From NCBI GenBank assembly GCA_964405335.1, contig CAYONP010000009.1, positions 12,074-76,073 of the forward strand: 64,000 nt of DNA. The letters run 5' to 3'. The stretch comes from an uncultured Fimbriimonadaceae bacterium (GTDB lineage: Bacteria > Armatimonadota > UBA10988). The position numbers were made by a program, and so were the translations under genes. Shown piece after piece: positions 17,692 to 26,482 of this stretch (its first letter is position 1; every line of letters begins with the position of its first letter). Under the pieces are notes generated by a model. That model made no database searches. It saw only the letters and a list, made by a program, of their open reading frames with translations, and was not told the origin of the DNA.

Positions 17692-18756
17692 TCACGACCG
17701 GGGCATGTGGCCGCGCAACCGATAGACGAAGGCCAGCACCTCGGCCACCGCGGCGTAGAGCTCGGGCGGCACCAGATCGCCGACGTCGCAGGCGGCGAAC
17801 AAAGCGCGGGCCAGCGGCGGGTTTTCGACGATGGGCACCTCAGCCGCCTCGGCCAGCTCGCGGATGTGGAGCGCGGTCAGCCGCTGGCCCCGGGCGACCA
17901 CCTGCGGTGCGTCCATCTGGTCGGCATCGTACTTCAGCGCGACGGCGTAGTGGGTCGGGTTGGTGACCACCACATCGGCGCCGCGCACGGCGCTGGCCAT
18001 CAGGCGGCGGGCCATCTCGCGCTGCCGGCGGCGGATGGCGCCGCGGACCTCGGGCGAGCCCTCCTGCTGCTTCAGCTCGTCGCGGATCTCCTCGCGGGTC
18101 ATCATCAACTGCTTCTCGTGTGAGTAGCGCTGCCAGGCGTAGTCGATGGCCGCAATCACCGCCAGCGCGGTGAGCGTGCGCAGCACCAGCGCCTTGACCA
18201 GCTCGCCCGAGCGGGTCAGGGCCGAGACCAGGTCCATCCAGCTCAGCTCGAGCATCGCGGGATAGCTGGCCTTCAGCCAGCTCCAGACCGCCCAGCCGAC
18301 GACCAGCAGCTTGGCGCTCGACTTGAGCAGCTCGACGATTGCCTGCGCCGAGACGAGCTTCTTGATCCCGGCAATCGGGTCGAGCTTCTTGGCGTCGAAC
18401 TTCAACCCCTCACCGGTCAGCATCGGCCCGGTCTGCAGCAGGTTGCCCGCCACGCCGGCGATGACCACCGCCAGCATCAGCGGCAGCAGCAGTAGGACCG
18501 CCGGCACGACCAGCCGGACCACGCCCTGCGCCAGCGCGTCGCGGCCGCGCAGGCCGAGCGCGGCGTCGAAGAAGTAGACCATGCTGGTCTGGAAGGTCTC
18601 CCACGCCGCCGGCCCCATGGCGCGCAGCGAGGCGAAGCCGGCGAGCAGCACGAGCACCGAGACAATCTCGCGGCTCTTGGCGACTTGACCCTTGCGGCGC
18701 GCGTCCTCGCGCCGCTTCTGAGTCGCGGGCTCGGTTTTCGAGTCGAACAGGCCCAT
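17692..18756 (-). CDS. flhB: Flagellar biosynthesis protein FlhB
   Basis: 354 aa, MGLFDSKTEPATQKRREDARRKGQVAKSREI..., NPTHYAVALKY autocleavage motif. Confidence 0.9.
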   Translation of the reverse strand: MGLFDSKTEPATQKRREDARRKGQVAKSREIVSVLVLLAGFASLRAMGPAAWETFQTSMVYFFDAALGLRGRDALAQGVVRLVVPAVLLLLPLMLAVVIAGVAGNLLQTGPMLTGEGLKFDAKKLDPIAGIKKLVSAQAIVELLKSSAKLLVVGWAVWSWLKASYPAMLELSWMDLVSALTRSGELVKALVLRTLTALAVIAAIDYAWQRYSHEKQLMMTREEIRDELKQQEGSPEVRGAIRRRQREMARRLMASAVRGADVVVTNPTHYAVALKYDADQMDAPQVVARGQRLTALHIRELAEAAEVPIVENPPLARALFAACDVGDLVPPELYAAVAEVLAFVYRLRGHMPRS

Positions 18757-19538
18757 CAGCGCACCATGCCCAGGATCTGCGGCACGTTGTGGCTGATCAC
18801 CGCCATCGCCTGCGCCAGCGCCGTCGACAGCGTCGGCAGCGTGAGATAGAGCGTCGCCAGGCCGACCATGACCTTGATCGGCATGGCCACCAGGAAGACG
18901 TTGAGCTGCGGCACGACGCGGCCGACGATGCCCATCGCGACGTCGATCAGGAGCAGCACCAGCACCGCCGGCAGGGCGAGCTGGATGGCAATCGCGGTGA
19001 GCAGGCCGAGCATCCCCGAGACCGGCCCGATGGCGGCCAGGTTGGGCATCGCCGTGCCGATCGGCGCGACTTCATAGGTGGCGGCCAGCGTGCGGAGCAT
19101 CAGGTGATGCCCGTCGGCTTGAAGAAAGAGCAGCAGCAGCAGCGAGTTGACGAAGTGCCCGAGGACCGAGAGATTGACCTGCGAGCCGGGATCGACCAAC
19201 TGCATGAAACCGAGACCGATCTGCACGTCGAGCGCGTTGATGGCGAACTGGAAGGCGCTGAACATCAGCCGGGCAAGGTAGCCGACGGCGATGCCGACCA
19301 TCGTCTCGCGGCAGAGCATCAAGCCCAGCGCGACCAGCGGCAGGTCGGCGGGGATCGCCCCAACCGGCACCCACATCAACAGCCAGGCGCAGAGCGCGGC
19401 CAGCCCGGCGCGGCAGGCGCCGGGGACGGTGCGCTCGCCGAACACCGGCAGCACGGCGAAGAAGCCGCCGAGCCGGGCGAAGACGAGCAGAAAGCGGATC
19501 AGCAGCGCGGCGGAGAGGTGGAGCGGATCGACCTCCAT
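18756..19538 (-). CDS. fliR: Flagellar biosynthesis protein FliR
   Basis: 260-aa polytopic membrane protein directly between fliQ and flhB; FliR-like. Confidence 0.85.
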   Translation of the reverse strand: MEVDPLHLSAALLIRFLLVFARLGGFFAVLPVFGERTVPGACRAGLAALCAWLLMWVPVGAIPADLPLVALGLMLCRETMVGIAVGYLARLMFSAFQFAINALDVQIGLGFMQLVDPGSQVNLSVLGHFVNSLLLLLFLQADGHHLMLRTLAATYEVAPIGTAMPNLAAIGPVSGMLGLLTAIAIQLALPAVLVLLLIDVAMGIVGRVVPQLNVFLVAMPIKVMVGLATLYLTLPTLSTALAQAMAVISHNVPQILGMVR

Positions 19539-19542
19539 CGGG

Positions 19543-19812
19543 TCACCGGACCAGGGCGGGGAAGCCGCCGAACAGCCGCGCGGAGAAGGTCAGCATGACG
19601 TTGGCCATCCACGGCGCGCAGACCAGGACGACGAGAAAGACGGCGATGATCTTGGGCACGAAGGCGAGGGTCATCTCCTGCACCTGCGTGGCCGCCTGAA
19701 TGACCGAAATGAGCAGACCGACCGCCAGCGCGATGCCGAGCGGTGGGAGCATCAGCAGCAGCATGGTCAGGATGCTGTCGCGACCGATGGTCATCACCGT
19801 GGCGGCGTCCAT
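19543..19812 (-). CDS. fliQ: Flagellar biosynthesis protein FliQ
   Basis: 89 aa, two TM helices, LMLPPLGIALAVGLLISVIQAATQVQEMTL. Confidence 0.9.
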   Translation of the reverse strand: MDAATVMTIGRDSILTMLLLMLPPLGIALAVGLLISVIQAATQVQEMTLAFVPKIIAVFLVVLVCAPWMANVMLTFSARLFGGFPALVR

Positions 19813-19820
19813 GGCGGCTC

Positions 19821-20573
19821 CTACCCGAAACTCGCGGCCAGGCCGCGGACGACCAGGTGCCAGCCGTCGACCAGCACGAACATGAGCAGCTTGAACGGCA
19901 GCGAGATGATCACCGGCGGGAGCATCATCATGCCCATCGACATGACCGTGCTGGCGACCACGATGTCGATCACCAGGAACGGGATGTAGAGCAGGAAGCC
20001 AATCTCGAAGGCGGTTTTGATCTCGCTCAGGCAGAACGAGGGGATGAGCACGTAGCTCGGCGTCTCGGCGCGGGTGGCCGGGCGCGGCTCCTTGGCCATG
20101 TCGAGGAACAGCGCCAGGTCGTTCGGCCGGGTATTGCGAAACATGAACTCGCGCAGCGGCTCCATCGCCGCGGCCAGCGCCTGCTTGCTGTCCAGCTCGT
20201 CGGCCAGGTAAGGCTCGACCGCGACGGTCTGGATCTGCCGGAACGTGGGTGCCATGATGAATAGCGTCATGAACAGCGCGAGGCCGATGATGACCTGGTT
20301 CGGCGGCACCTGATGCGTGCCCAGCGCCTGGCGCAAAAAGCCCAGCACGACGATGATGCGGGTGAAGCTGGTCAGCATCAGCAGCATCGTCGGGGCGAGG
20401 ACGATGACCGTCAGCAGGAACATCACCTGCAGCGACGAGTAGCTCTCGACCCGCGTTTCGGGCTGGGTCAGCTGCACGCTGATGCCGGGCAGCGGCAGCA
20501 CGTCGTCGCCCTGGGCCAGCGCCGCGCCGGCACAGAGGGCGAGGACGAGCAGCGGCAGCAGGCGACGGATCAT
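19821..20573 (-). CDS. fliP: Flagellar biosynthesis protein FliP
   Basis: 250 aa with signal peptide; SFTRIIVVLGFLRQALG and GLALFMTLFIMAPTF FliP blocks. Confidence 0.9.
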   Translation of the reverse strand: MIRRLLPLLVLALCAGAALAQGDDVLPLPGISVQLTQPETRVESYSSLQVMFLLTVIVLAPTMLLMLTSFTRIIVVLGFLRQALGTHQVPPNQVIIGLALFMTLFIMAPTFRQIQTVAVEPYLADELDSKQALAAAMEPLREFMFRNTRPNDLALFLDMAKEPRPATRAETPSYVLIPSFCLSEIKTAFEIGFLLYIPFLVIDIVVASTVMSMGMMMLPPVIISLPFKLLMFVLVDGWHLVVRGLAASFG

Positions 20574-21070
20574 CGGCCCACCGCCTCGAGGCGAACGGTC
20601 TGCAGCCGGGCGAGGAAGCTCTCGGGGCCCGGTTCGGCGGGATCGAAGCCGACCTCGCCGGCGGGCAGCTCGAGCAGGCAGCTCAGCCCCTCGCCGCTGC
20701 TGCCGAGCAAGATGGCCCGCTCGCCGAGGGCGACCAGGTGCAGCCCGCGGCCGCCGCCGAGCGGCAGCGTCTCGAGCAGGCGCAGGCGCTGCTTGAGCGG
20801 CGCCGCGGTGCGCGGCCCGAACCGCAGCCGGGCCAGCCAGGCAACGCCGATGACCATGCCGAGCACCAGCACCAGCGAGCCGAGCGTGCGCAGGATGAGC
20901 AGGGCGGGGTGCGGACCGAAGGCCGGGAGTGCCGGTGAAACGTACGGCTCGACCGTCTCCTGCGCCATGGCGCCGACGGTAAGGGAGGCGATGCTCGCCA
21001 GGCAGAGCCCGAGCCGTAGGCGTGCGGGCCCCGCATCACGCAGGTGCGGTGAGCCGATCGTTCCAGCCAC
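20570..21070 (-). CDS. fliO: Putative FliO (short single-TM protein upstream of fliP)
   Basis: Position and a TM segment (LILRTLGSLVLVLGMVIGVAWL); 4-bp overlap with fliP; start uncertain. Confidence 0.5.
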   Translation of the reverse strand: MAGTIGSPHLRDAGPARLRLGLCLASIASLTVGAMAQETVEPYVSPALPAFGPHPALLILRTLGSLVLVLGMVIGVAWLARLRFGPRTAAPLKQRLRLLETLPLGGGRGLHLVALGERAILLGSSGEGLSCLLELPAGEVGFDPAEPGPESFLARLQTVRLEAVGR

Positions 21071-21180
21071 TGGCGTCCCCGGGGTCGGGCCGCGGCTCGC
21101 CGTCAGTTAAGCGAGCTTAAGCCCCGCCCGTCGGAGGCCATTCTGCCGGTGGTCCGGCGCGGCGGCATAGCCAGCGCTGG

Positions 21181-21495
21181 CTATCTTTGCCCGGCGCGGC
21201 GCGGCCGGTTCGGCCGCCGGTCGGCTTTCTTCGCGTGCTGGCCGGCAATCTCGGTCACCCGCACGGCGAACGCGTCGTCCTGCACGACCACCTCGCCGAG
21301 GGCGATGATCCGCCCGCGGCAGCGCAGCTCGACCGGCTCGCCGGCGAGGCGGTCGAGGGTGACCACCGATCCGGGCCCAAGCCGCTCGACCTCGCGAAAG
21401 CGCATCGTCGTGCGGCCGAGTTCGACCTGCACGCTCAGGCGCACCCGCTCCAGTCGGCGCAGCTCGGTCAGCGGCTCTGCCGGCGCGGCGCTCAT
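21181..21495 (-). CDS. Second FliN-domain (SpoA) protein, 104 aa
   Basis: ATG complement 21493-21495 overlaps the upstream fliN stop (ATGA). VQVELGRTTMRFREVERLGPGSVVTLDRLAGEPVELRCRGRIIALGEVVVQDDAFAVRVTEI is a FliN/SpoA C-terminal domain. Confidence 0.6.
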   Translation of the reverse strand: MSAAPAEPLTELRRLERVRLSVQVELGRTTMRFREVERLGPGSVVTLDRLAGEPVELRCRGRIIALGEVVVQDDAFAVRVTEIAGQHAKKADRRPNRPRRAGQR

Positions 21496-22106
21496 GCCGT
21501 CGCTCCCAGGGCGGTGATGCGGATGCCGAAACTGTCGTCGACCACGACCACCTCGCCCCGCGCGATGCACTTGTCGTTGATGAACAACTCGACCGGCTCG
21601 CCGGCCAGCTTGTCCAGCTCGACCAGCGAGCCGGGGTGCATCTTGAGAATGTCCTCGATGGTCATCTCGGTGCGGCCGATTTCGGCCGAGACCTGCAGCA
21701 TCACGTCGGCCAGCAAGTCGTGATCGCCGACCCGGTCGTGCTCCTTGTGTGTCGCGCCGAAGGCGCCGCCGGCCGCCGCGGCGAGGCTGCCGGTCGCCTG
21801 GCCGGTGGTGTCGGTGTAGGTCTCGGCGGCATCGAGCGCGTCGGCCAGCAGCGCGCTGATGGCGTCCTGGCCGAGCAGCTCGCGGCCCTCGCCCGTGGCG
21901 GTCGGCGCGGCCGTGCCGATGGGCTCGGTGCTCAGCTCCTCGAGCGGCTCTTCGTTGGCCACCGGCTCGTCGGCCGGCTCGTCGGCCGGCTCGTCGGCCG
22001 GCTCCGGCTCGTCGCTGCCGGCGCCGGCCAGCAGCTCGGCCAGCTCGTCGGGGCTGACCTGCTCGTCGGCGGCCGGGCTGTCGGTCTGGTTCGTCTCATC
22101 GGACAT
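21492..22106 (-). CDS. fliN: Flagellar motor switch protein FliN (acidic low-complexity N-terminus + SpoA domain)
   Basis: MSDETNQ... (PADEPADEPADEP), then VMLQVSAEIGRTEMTIEDILKMHPGSLVELDKLAGEPVELFINDKCIARGEVVVVDDSFGIRITAL. Alternative GTG start at 22118. Confidence 0.75.
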   Translation of the reverse strand: MSDETNQTDSPAADEQVSPDELAELLAGAGSDEPEPADEPADEPADEPVANEEPLEELSTEPIGTAAPTATGEGRELLGQDAISALLADALDAAETYTDTTGQATGSLAAAAGGAFGATHKEHDRVGDHDLLADVMLQVSAEIGRTEMTIEDILKMHPGSLVELDKLAGEPVELFINDKCIARGEVVVVDDSFGIRITALGATA

Positions 22107-22118
22107 GGTTGCGCCCAC

Positions 22119-22757
22119 CTATTGCATCACAAACTCGCGCAGATAGATCGCGGTCATCGGTACCGGCGAGGTGCCACCGGCGGCATCGTCGACAATCGCG
22201 GCGAAGCGCTCGAGCAGCACCGTCTTGAGCCCCTCCTTGCCCGCGGCCGCCTGCAGCTCGGCAAACTCGCGCGAGCTGACCTCGAGCAGCAGCGAGTCCT
22301 GCATCCGCGTCTGGACATCGGCGCTGAGGAGCAGCCGGATGAGGGCCAGCACCGCCTCGCTCGGCCCCTCGCGCGGGGGCAGCTTGGCGTCGGCCGGCGG
22401 TGGATCCGGCTCCGGCGGCACGTCGGGGTCGATCTTGGCCATGGTCAACCGGAAGTGGTGCGCGTCGAGGGGATCGAGCTCGAACCCAATCGCCACCTGG
22501 CAGCGGATGTAGCGGTCGCCCTCGGCCAGGTTGACCGTCAGGGGAGCCAGCGGGTAGACCACCGTTTCGAGCACCGGATCGGCATCCCAGGCGGCCTGCG
22601 CGTCGGCCTGCTGCCGGGCCTTGTTCTGCTGCCAGAGAAAGCCCGCCGCGCCCAGCGCGGCCAGCGCGACGACTCCGAGCAGCAGGATCATGCCCTTGCC
22701 GCGCTTCCTCTTCGGCTCGGCGCCCTCGGTTCCCTGGGCGGCCTCTGCTTCGGCCAT
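22119..22757 (-). CDS. fliL: Flagellar basal-body-associated protein FliL
   Basis: 212 aa, single N-terminal TM, LAPLTVNLAEGDRYIRCQVAIGFE FliL block. Confidence 0.8.
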   Translation of the reverse strand: MAEAEAAQGTEGAEPKRKRGKGMILLLGVVALAALGAAGFLWQQNKARQQADAQAAWDADPVLETVVYPLAPLTVNLAEGDRYIRCQVAIGFELDPLDAHHFRLTMAKIDPDVPPEPDPPPADAKLPPREGPSEAVLALIRLLLSADVQTRMQDSLLLEVSSREFAELQAAAGKEGLKTVLLERFAAIVDDAAGGTSPVPMTAIYLREFVMQ

Positions 22758-22769
22758 GCGTCACTCTCC

Positions 22770-23531
22770 TCAGGCCGCGCGGGCCAGCAAGCCCATCGCC
22801 CGGTGGACCTGCAGCCGCTCGGCCACCAAGCGCGGGTGCAGGCGTTGCTGCAGCAGCACCAGGCCATCGATCCAAAGCTCCCGCTCGGCCGCGCGCAGGC
22901 GCAGCGCCCGCCGGCGGAGCAGCATCTGCGGCGCGCAGACCAACTGCGCCAGCGCCACGCCATAGCCGGTGGCCAGCAGCGCGCCGGCCAACGCCGGCGC
23001 CATCGCCTCGGGCGGGCCCAGCAGCGACTGCACCATGCCGGCCAGGGTCAGAATCACCCCGCCGTTGACCGCGCCCTCGGCCAGCCGCTGCCAGCCCTCG
23101 GTCGGCTGGCGGTCGAGCGCCTCGAGCTCGGCCGCGGCCTGGCGCAGCGCCGCCTCCAACGCCGTCGGCTCGACCTCGGCGCTGAGCAACCGAAGCGCCA
23201 GCCCTTCGAGTAGACCGCCCGCGGCACTGGACTGCTGGGCGAGCCAGCGCTCGCCGTGGCTCCGGTAGCCGCGCGACAACTCGATCAGGCGGGCCGCGGC
23301 GGCCTCGATATCGGCCTCGGCCGGGCGGTCGAAGATGCGCCGTACCGCTGACAGGGGCTGGCAGCAGAACAGGTATCCGACCGCCGACAGCACCACCGCC
23401 GCCAGCGCCACGGGATGCCACAGTCCGGCCGGCCGGCCGGCCAGTCCGGAGCCGACCGCGAGAGCCGCTACCGCGATGAGGTAACCCGCCGCGGTGAGCG
23501 ATCGCTGCAGAGCTCGCGTTGGTCTTGGCAT
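22770..23531 (-). CDS. motA: MotA/PomA-like stator proton-channel protein
   Basis: Start ATG at 23531 (in frame with track ORF 22770..23684). Four TM segments; TM3/TM4 region GGVILTLAGMVQSLLGPPEAMAPALAGALLATGYGVALAQLVCAP with the conserved prolines of the MotA/ExbB/TolQ family. Confidence 0.65.
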   Translation of the reverse strand: MPRPTRALQRSLTAAGYLIAVAALAVGSGLAGRPAGLWHPVALAAVVLSAVGYLFCCQPLSAVRRIFDRPAEADIEAAAARLIELSRGYRSHGERWLAQQSSAAGGLLEGLALRLLSAEVEPTALEAALRQAAAELEALDRQPTEGWQRLAEGAVNGGVILTLAGMVQSLLGPPEAMAPALAGALLATGYGVALAQLVCAPQMLLRRRALRLRAAERELWIDGLVLLQQRLHPRLVAERLQVHRAMGLLARAA

Positions 23532-23535
23532 CGAT

Positions 23536-24513
23536 CTAGATCTCGTCGCGTTCGGCCCGAAACTTAGCCCGGCAGAGCATGACCAGCAGGTAGCCGGCGA
23601 CCATCGCCTCGAGCGGCCGGCGCACCGGCAGCGCCGGCGGCCGGCCCGCGCCGCCGGGGGCGTCGGCCCGGATGAGCAGCCCACGCGGCCGCCACTCGCG
23701 CACGCCGCGCACCGCGTCGAGTCGTGGCTTCAGGCGGTCGGCCTCGCGCGCCAGGTGGTCGACCAGCCGCTCGAGCGACCGCGCCTGAGGTTCGCCGTCA
23801 TCGCCGCCGACCTCATACAGCAACGCCACCGCACGGTGCCGCGCGGCGAAGTAGCGGTGGCACAGGCTGGTCGCATAGCCGGCCGGGGTGCGGGTCAGGC
23901 GGATCGGCTGACCGACCCGCTGCTCGCCGGCGACGATGCCGCGGGCCAGCGACTCGGCCAGGCCGTCGAGCGCCCGGTCGCCGGTCGGGTACCACTCGAT
24001 CCAGTCCGCCTCGCGCGGGCCGGCGCGGCGCATGCCGAACTGGTGCAGGTCGATCACGAGGTGCGGCTGCCAGGCGTCGAAAACCCGCATCACCGCCCGG
24101 TTCTCGGCTTGATCGCGAAGCAGCCACGAGCGGTTGAGGTCGACTCCGCGGCTGTTGGCCCGCCGCCCACGCGCGGCGCCGTCAGGGTTGACCGTGGGCA
24201 TCAGCAGCACCGCGACGCGGTCGAACGGCGCGTTGCGGCCGGCGGCGCTCTCCATCCAGCGCACCGCGGCGCGTGCCGGCGCCGGCTCGTCACCATGCTG
24301 CTGGGCCAGGACCAGCACTCGGATCTGCTCCTCGGGCGCACCCGGCCGCATGGTCGCAATCAGCAGCGGGAGGTCACGTCCCTCGGTGCTGGTGCCCGCC
24401 GACTGCGCAAACAGGTGTGGCGCCGCGGCCGACCAACGCGCGACGGCGGCGGCCACGTCGGCCGGCGCGCCGGCGACGGGCAGGGACAGCAGGCCGGCAA
24501 GCAGCCACCTCAC
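23536..24513 (-). CDS. Secreted M14-family zinc carboxypeptidase-like protein (peptidoglycan peptidase type)
   Basis: Signal peptide MRWLLAGLLSLPVAGAPA; zinc-binding QHGDEPA (HxxE), VNPDGAARG, LNRSW, VIDLHQFG (second His). Sits between flbD and motA, where motB is normally found. Confidence 0.7.
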   Translation of the reverse strand: MRWLLAGLLSLPVAGAPADVAAAVARWSAAAPHLFAQSAGTSTEGRDLPLLIATMRPGAPEEQIRVLVLAQQHGDEPAPARAAVRWMESAAGRNAPFDRVAVLLMPTVNPDGAARGRRANSRGVDLNRSWLLRDQAENRAVMRVFDAWQPHLVIDLHQFGMRRAGPREADWIEWYPTGDRALDGLAESLARGIVAGEQRVGQPIRLTRTPAGYATSLCHRYFAARHRAVALLYEVGGDDGEPQARSLERLVDHLAREADRLKPRLDAVRGVREWRPRGLLIRADAPGGAGRPPALPVRRPLEAMVAGYLLVMLCRAKFRAERDEI

Positions 24514-24731
24514 CGCGCGGTCTCCGCCTCGACGATCGGCCGGAAGGCGACCCGGCGCTGGTACTCGACGACCTTGTCGACCACCGTCTCGACCGGGTCG
24601 TCGACCAGGTAGAGCTTGCCGGTGTGGAGCCGGATGACGGTGTCGGGCGTCGCCTCGATGGTCTCGATCAGGGCGGCGTTGAGCACGAAGCTCGAGCCGT
24701 CGAGCCGGCGCAGTCGGATCATGGCAGTCAC
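24510..24731 (-). CDS. flbD: Flagellar protein FlbD
   Basis: 73 aa: MIRLRRLDGSSFVLNAALIETIEATPDTVIRLHTGKLYLVDDPVETVVDKV, a close match to FlbD. Confidence 0.8.
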   Translation of the reverse strand: MTAMIRLRRLDGSSFVLNAALIETIEATPDTVIRLHTGKLYLVDDPVETVVDKVVEYQRRVAFRPIVEAETAR

Positions 24732-24772
24732 CTCGGCCCGGCCGGCTCAGGCCGGCCGGGCCGCGTTCAGGC

Positions 24773-26014
24773 TTACCGCTTCAGGTTCAGCGCTTCCTGC
24801 AGGATCTCGTCCGCGGTGGTGACCAGCCGCGCCGAGGCCTGATAGCCGCGCTGGAAGACGATCATCTGGGTCAGCTCGCTGGGCAGGTCGACGTTCGACC
24901 GCTCGAGCGACTGCGACTGGATCGTGCCCACCCCGGCGGTGCCGGGGGTCAGGAGCTGCGCCAGGCCGGTGTTGGCCGTCGGCTTGAACAGGTTGCCGAC
25001 GGTGCGCGCCAGGCCCTGCACGTTGGCGAAGTTGGCCAGGCTGAGCTGCGCCACGGGGCGGGTCAGACCATTGCTGAACATCGCCGTGATGTGGCCCTGG
25101 TCGTCGGTGCCGATGTCGATCAGAAAGCCCGGCTCGAAGCCGTCCTGGTTGGTCGCCTCGAGTTCCGAGCCGGCGCCGTACTGGGTCAGCCGCGCCATAT
25201 CGATGCTGATCGCCTGCGGGTCGGTGCCGCCGGCGGTCACCCCGCCGTTGGCCACCGTCACCGTCGCCGTGCCGGTGCCGCCGCTGGCCACGTCGCCCTC
25301 GGCGGTGAAGGTCAACGTGCCCGAACCGACGTTGTTGGCACCGACCTGCGCGACCCAGCTCCACTCGCGCGGATTGGCCGTCTTGGTGTAGGTCAGGTCC
25401 ATCTGGTGCGGCACGCCGAAGCTGTCGTAGTAACGGTACTGCATCTCGGCGATGTCGCCGGTCGCCGCCGCCGCGTCGAGGTTGCCCGCCATGGTCACCT
25501 CGCCGGTCGCCTTGGCGTTGAGCGTCAAGCCGGGCGGGATGACGATGTCCTCGGGCACCGCGCCGGCCGGCACGGTGCCGGTGCCGATGTCGAACAGCAG
25601 GCCCTGCACCTTCAGCCCGCTGGCGGCGTGGACCATGGTCCCGTCCGACTGCAGCGTGAACGCACCGTCGCGCGTGTAGGCCGCCTCGCCCATGCCGTCT
25701 TTGAGCTGGAAGAAGCCGTTGCCCATGATCGCCAGGTCGAGGTTCTGACCCGTGTAGGTCAGCGTGCCCTGCTGGAACTGCGTGGTGTTGGTGGCCAACT
25801 GCACGCCGGCGCCGGCCTGCACCGGGTTGAGGCCGGTGACGCCGTCCGACACACCCCGCGCGGCGCGCAGGGTTTGACTGAACAACGTCGCGAACCCGGG
25901 CCGGCTCGATTTGAAGCCGGACGTGTTCAGGTTCGCGATGTTGTTGCCCGTGATGTCGATTCCGCTGGCGTGCGCCGCCATGCCGGAAATCGCGGTACTG
26001 AGCAGACGACTCAT
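24773..26014 (-). CDS. flgE: Flagellar hook protein FlgE
   Basis: 413 aa; N-terminal LSTAISGMAAHASGIDITGNNIANLNTSGFK and C-terminal flagellar rod/hook consensus LSNVDLPSELTQMIVFQRGYQASARLV. Confidence 0.9.
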   Translation of the reverse strand: MSRLLSTAISGMAAHASGIDITGNNIANLNTSGFKSSRPGFATLFSQTLRAARGVSDGVTGLNPVQAGAGVQLATNTTQFQQGTLTYTGQNLDLAIMGNGFFQLKDGMGEAAYTRDGAFTLQSDGTMVHAASGLKVQGLLFDIGTGTVPAGAVPEDIVIPPGLTLNAKATGEVTMAGNLDAAAATGDIAEMQYRYYDSFGVPHQMDLTYTKTANPREWSWVAQVGANNVGSGTLTFTAEGDVASGGTGTATVTVANGGVTAGGTDPQAISIDMARLTQYGAGSELEATNQDGFEPGFLIDIGTDDQGHITAMFSNGLTRPVAQLSLANFANVQGLARTVGNLFKPTANTGLAQLLTPGTAGVGTIQSQSLERSNVDLPSELTQMIVFQRGYQASARLVTTADEILQEALNLKR

Positions 26015-26100
26015 CTGCGTTGTCCTCCATGCTGGCCGGCCGCAATCGGCGACCGGCGCGGGGCTTCCTGGTGAGGACCGGCCCCGGGCGGCTCGTCCGC

Positions 26101-26466
26101 CTAGACGATGACCATGCTGTCGATGTTGGTGAACACCCGCTCGCGCAGCGACTCCTGGTCGGCCACGGTGACCACCGTGCGGCTCGGCACGCCGACCACA
26201 AACGCGGTCTGGTCGGCCAGCACCAACGTCGTCTTCGAGCCCTTGCCGGCCGCCTTCGCGACGCCCTCGTCGAGCCGCCGGAGCAGCTCGTCGTCGAGCC
26301 GGATGCCGCGCTGCTCGAGCCGCTGCAACGCGTGCTTCGAGAACTCGAGCGCCGGCGTCGCGCCGGCCTGGCGCAGCGCCTCGGCAAAGCCCGTCGCACC
26401 GGTCTTCAGCCGCTCGGCGCGCGCCACCTCGGCGCGGGCTGCCTGGGCCGCGGGGTCAATGCGCAT
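26101..26466 (-). CDS. Flagellar operon protein (TIGR02530-like small protein found between flgD and flgE)
   Basis: 121 aa, FSKHALQRLEQRGIRLDDELLRRLDEGV... resembles the small protein encoded between flgD and flgE in Firmicutes/Thermotogae-type operons. Confidence 0.55.
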   Translation of the reverse strand: MRIDPAAQAARAEVARAERLKTGATGFAEALRQAGATPALEFSKHALQRLEQRGIRLDDELLRRLDEGVAKAAGKGSKTTLVLADQTAFVVGVPSRTVVTVADQESLRERVFTNIDSMVIV

Positions 26467-26482
26467 CGCGCGCCTCCTCGGC

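Noticed and set aside
16351-18123. 590-aa plus-strand ORF spanning the repeat region, the GcvH-PAS gene and flhB antisense
   Set aside because: Crosses several independent features and is antisense to flhB; extremely Arg/Ala/Gly-rich.
21636-23421. Plus ORF 21636..23213 and minus ORF 22096..23421 overlapping fliN/fliL/motA
   Set aside because: Off-frame or antisense to genes with flagellar homology.
24747-26399. 550-aa minus-strand ORF overlapping flgE in another frame
   Set aside because: flgE (24773..26014) in the other frame has canonical hook-protein termini; this ORF is Arg/Gly/Pro junk.
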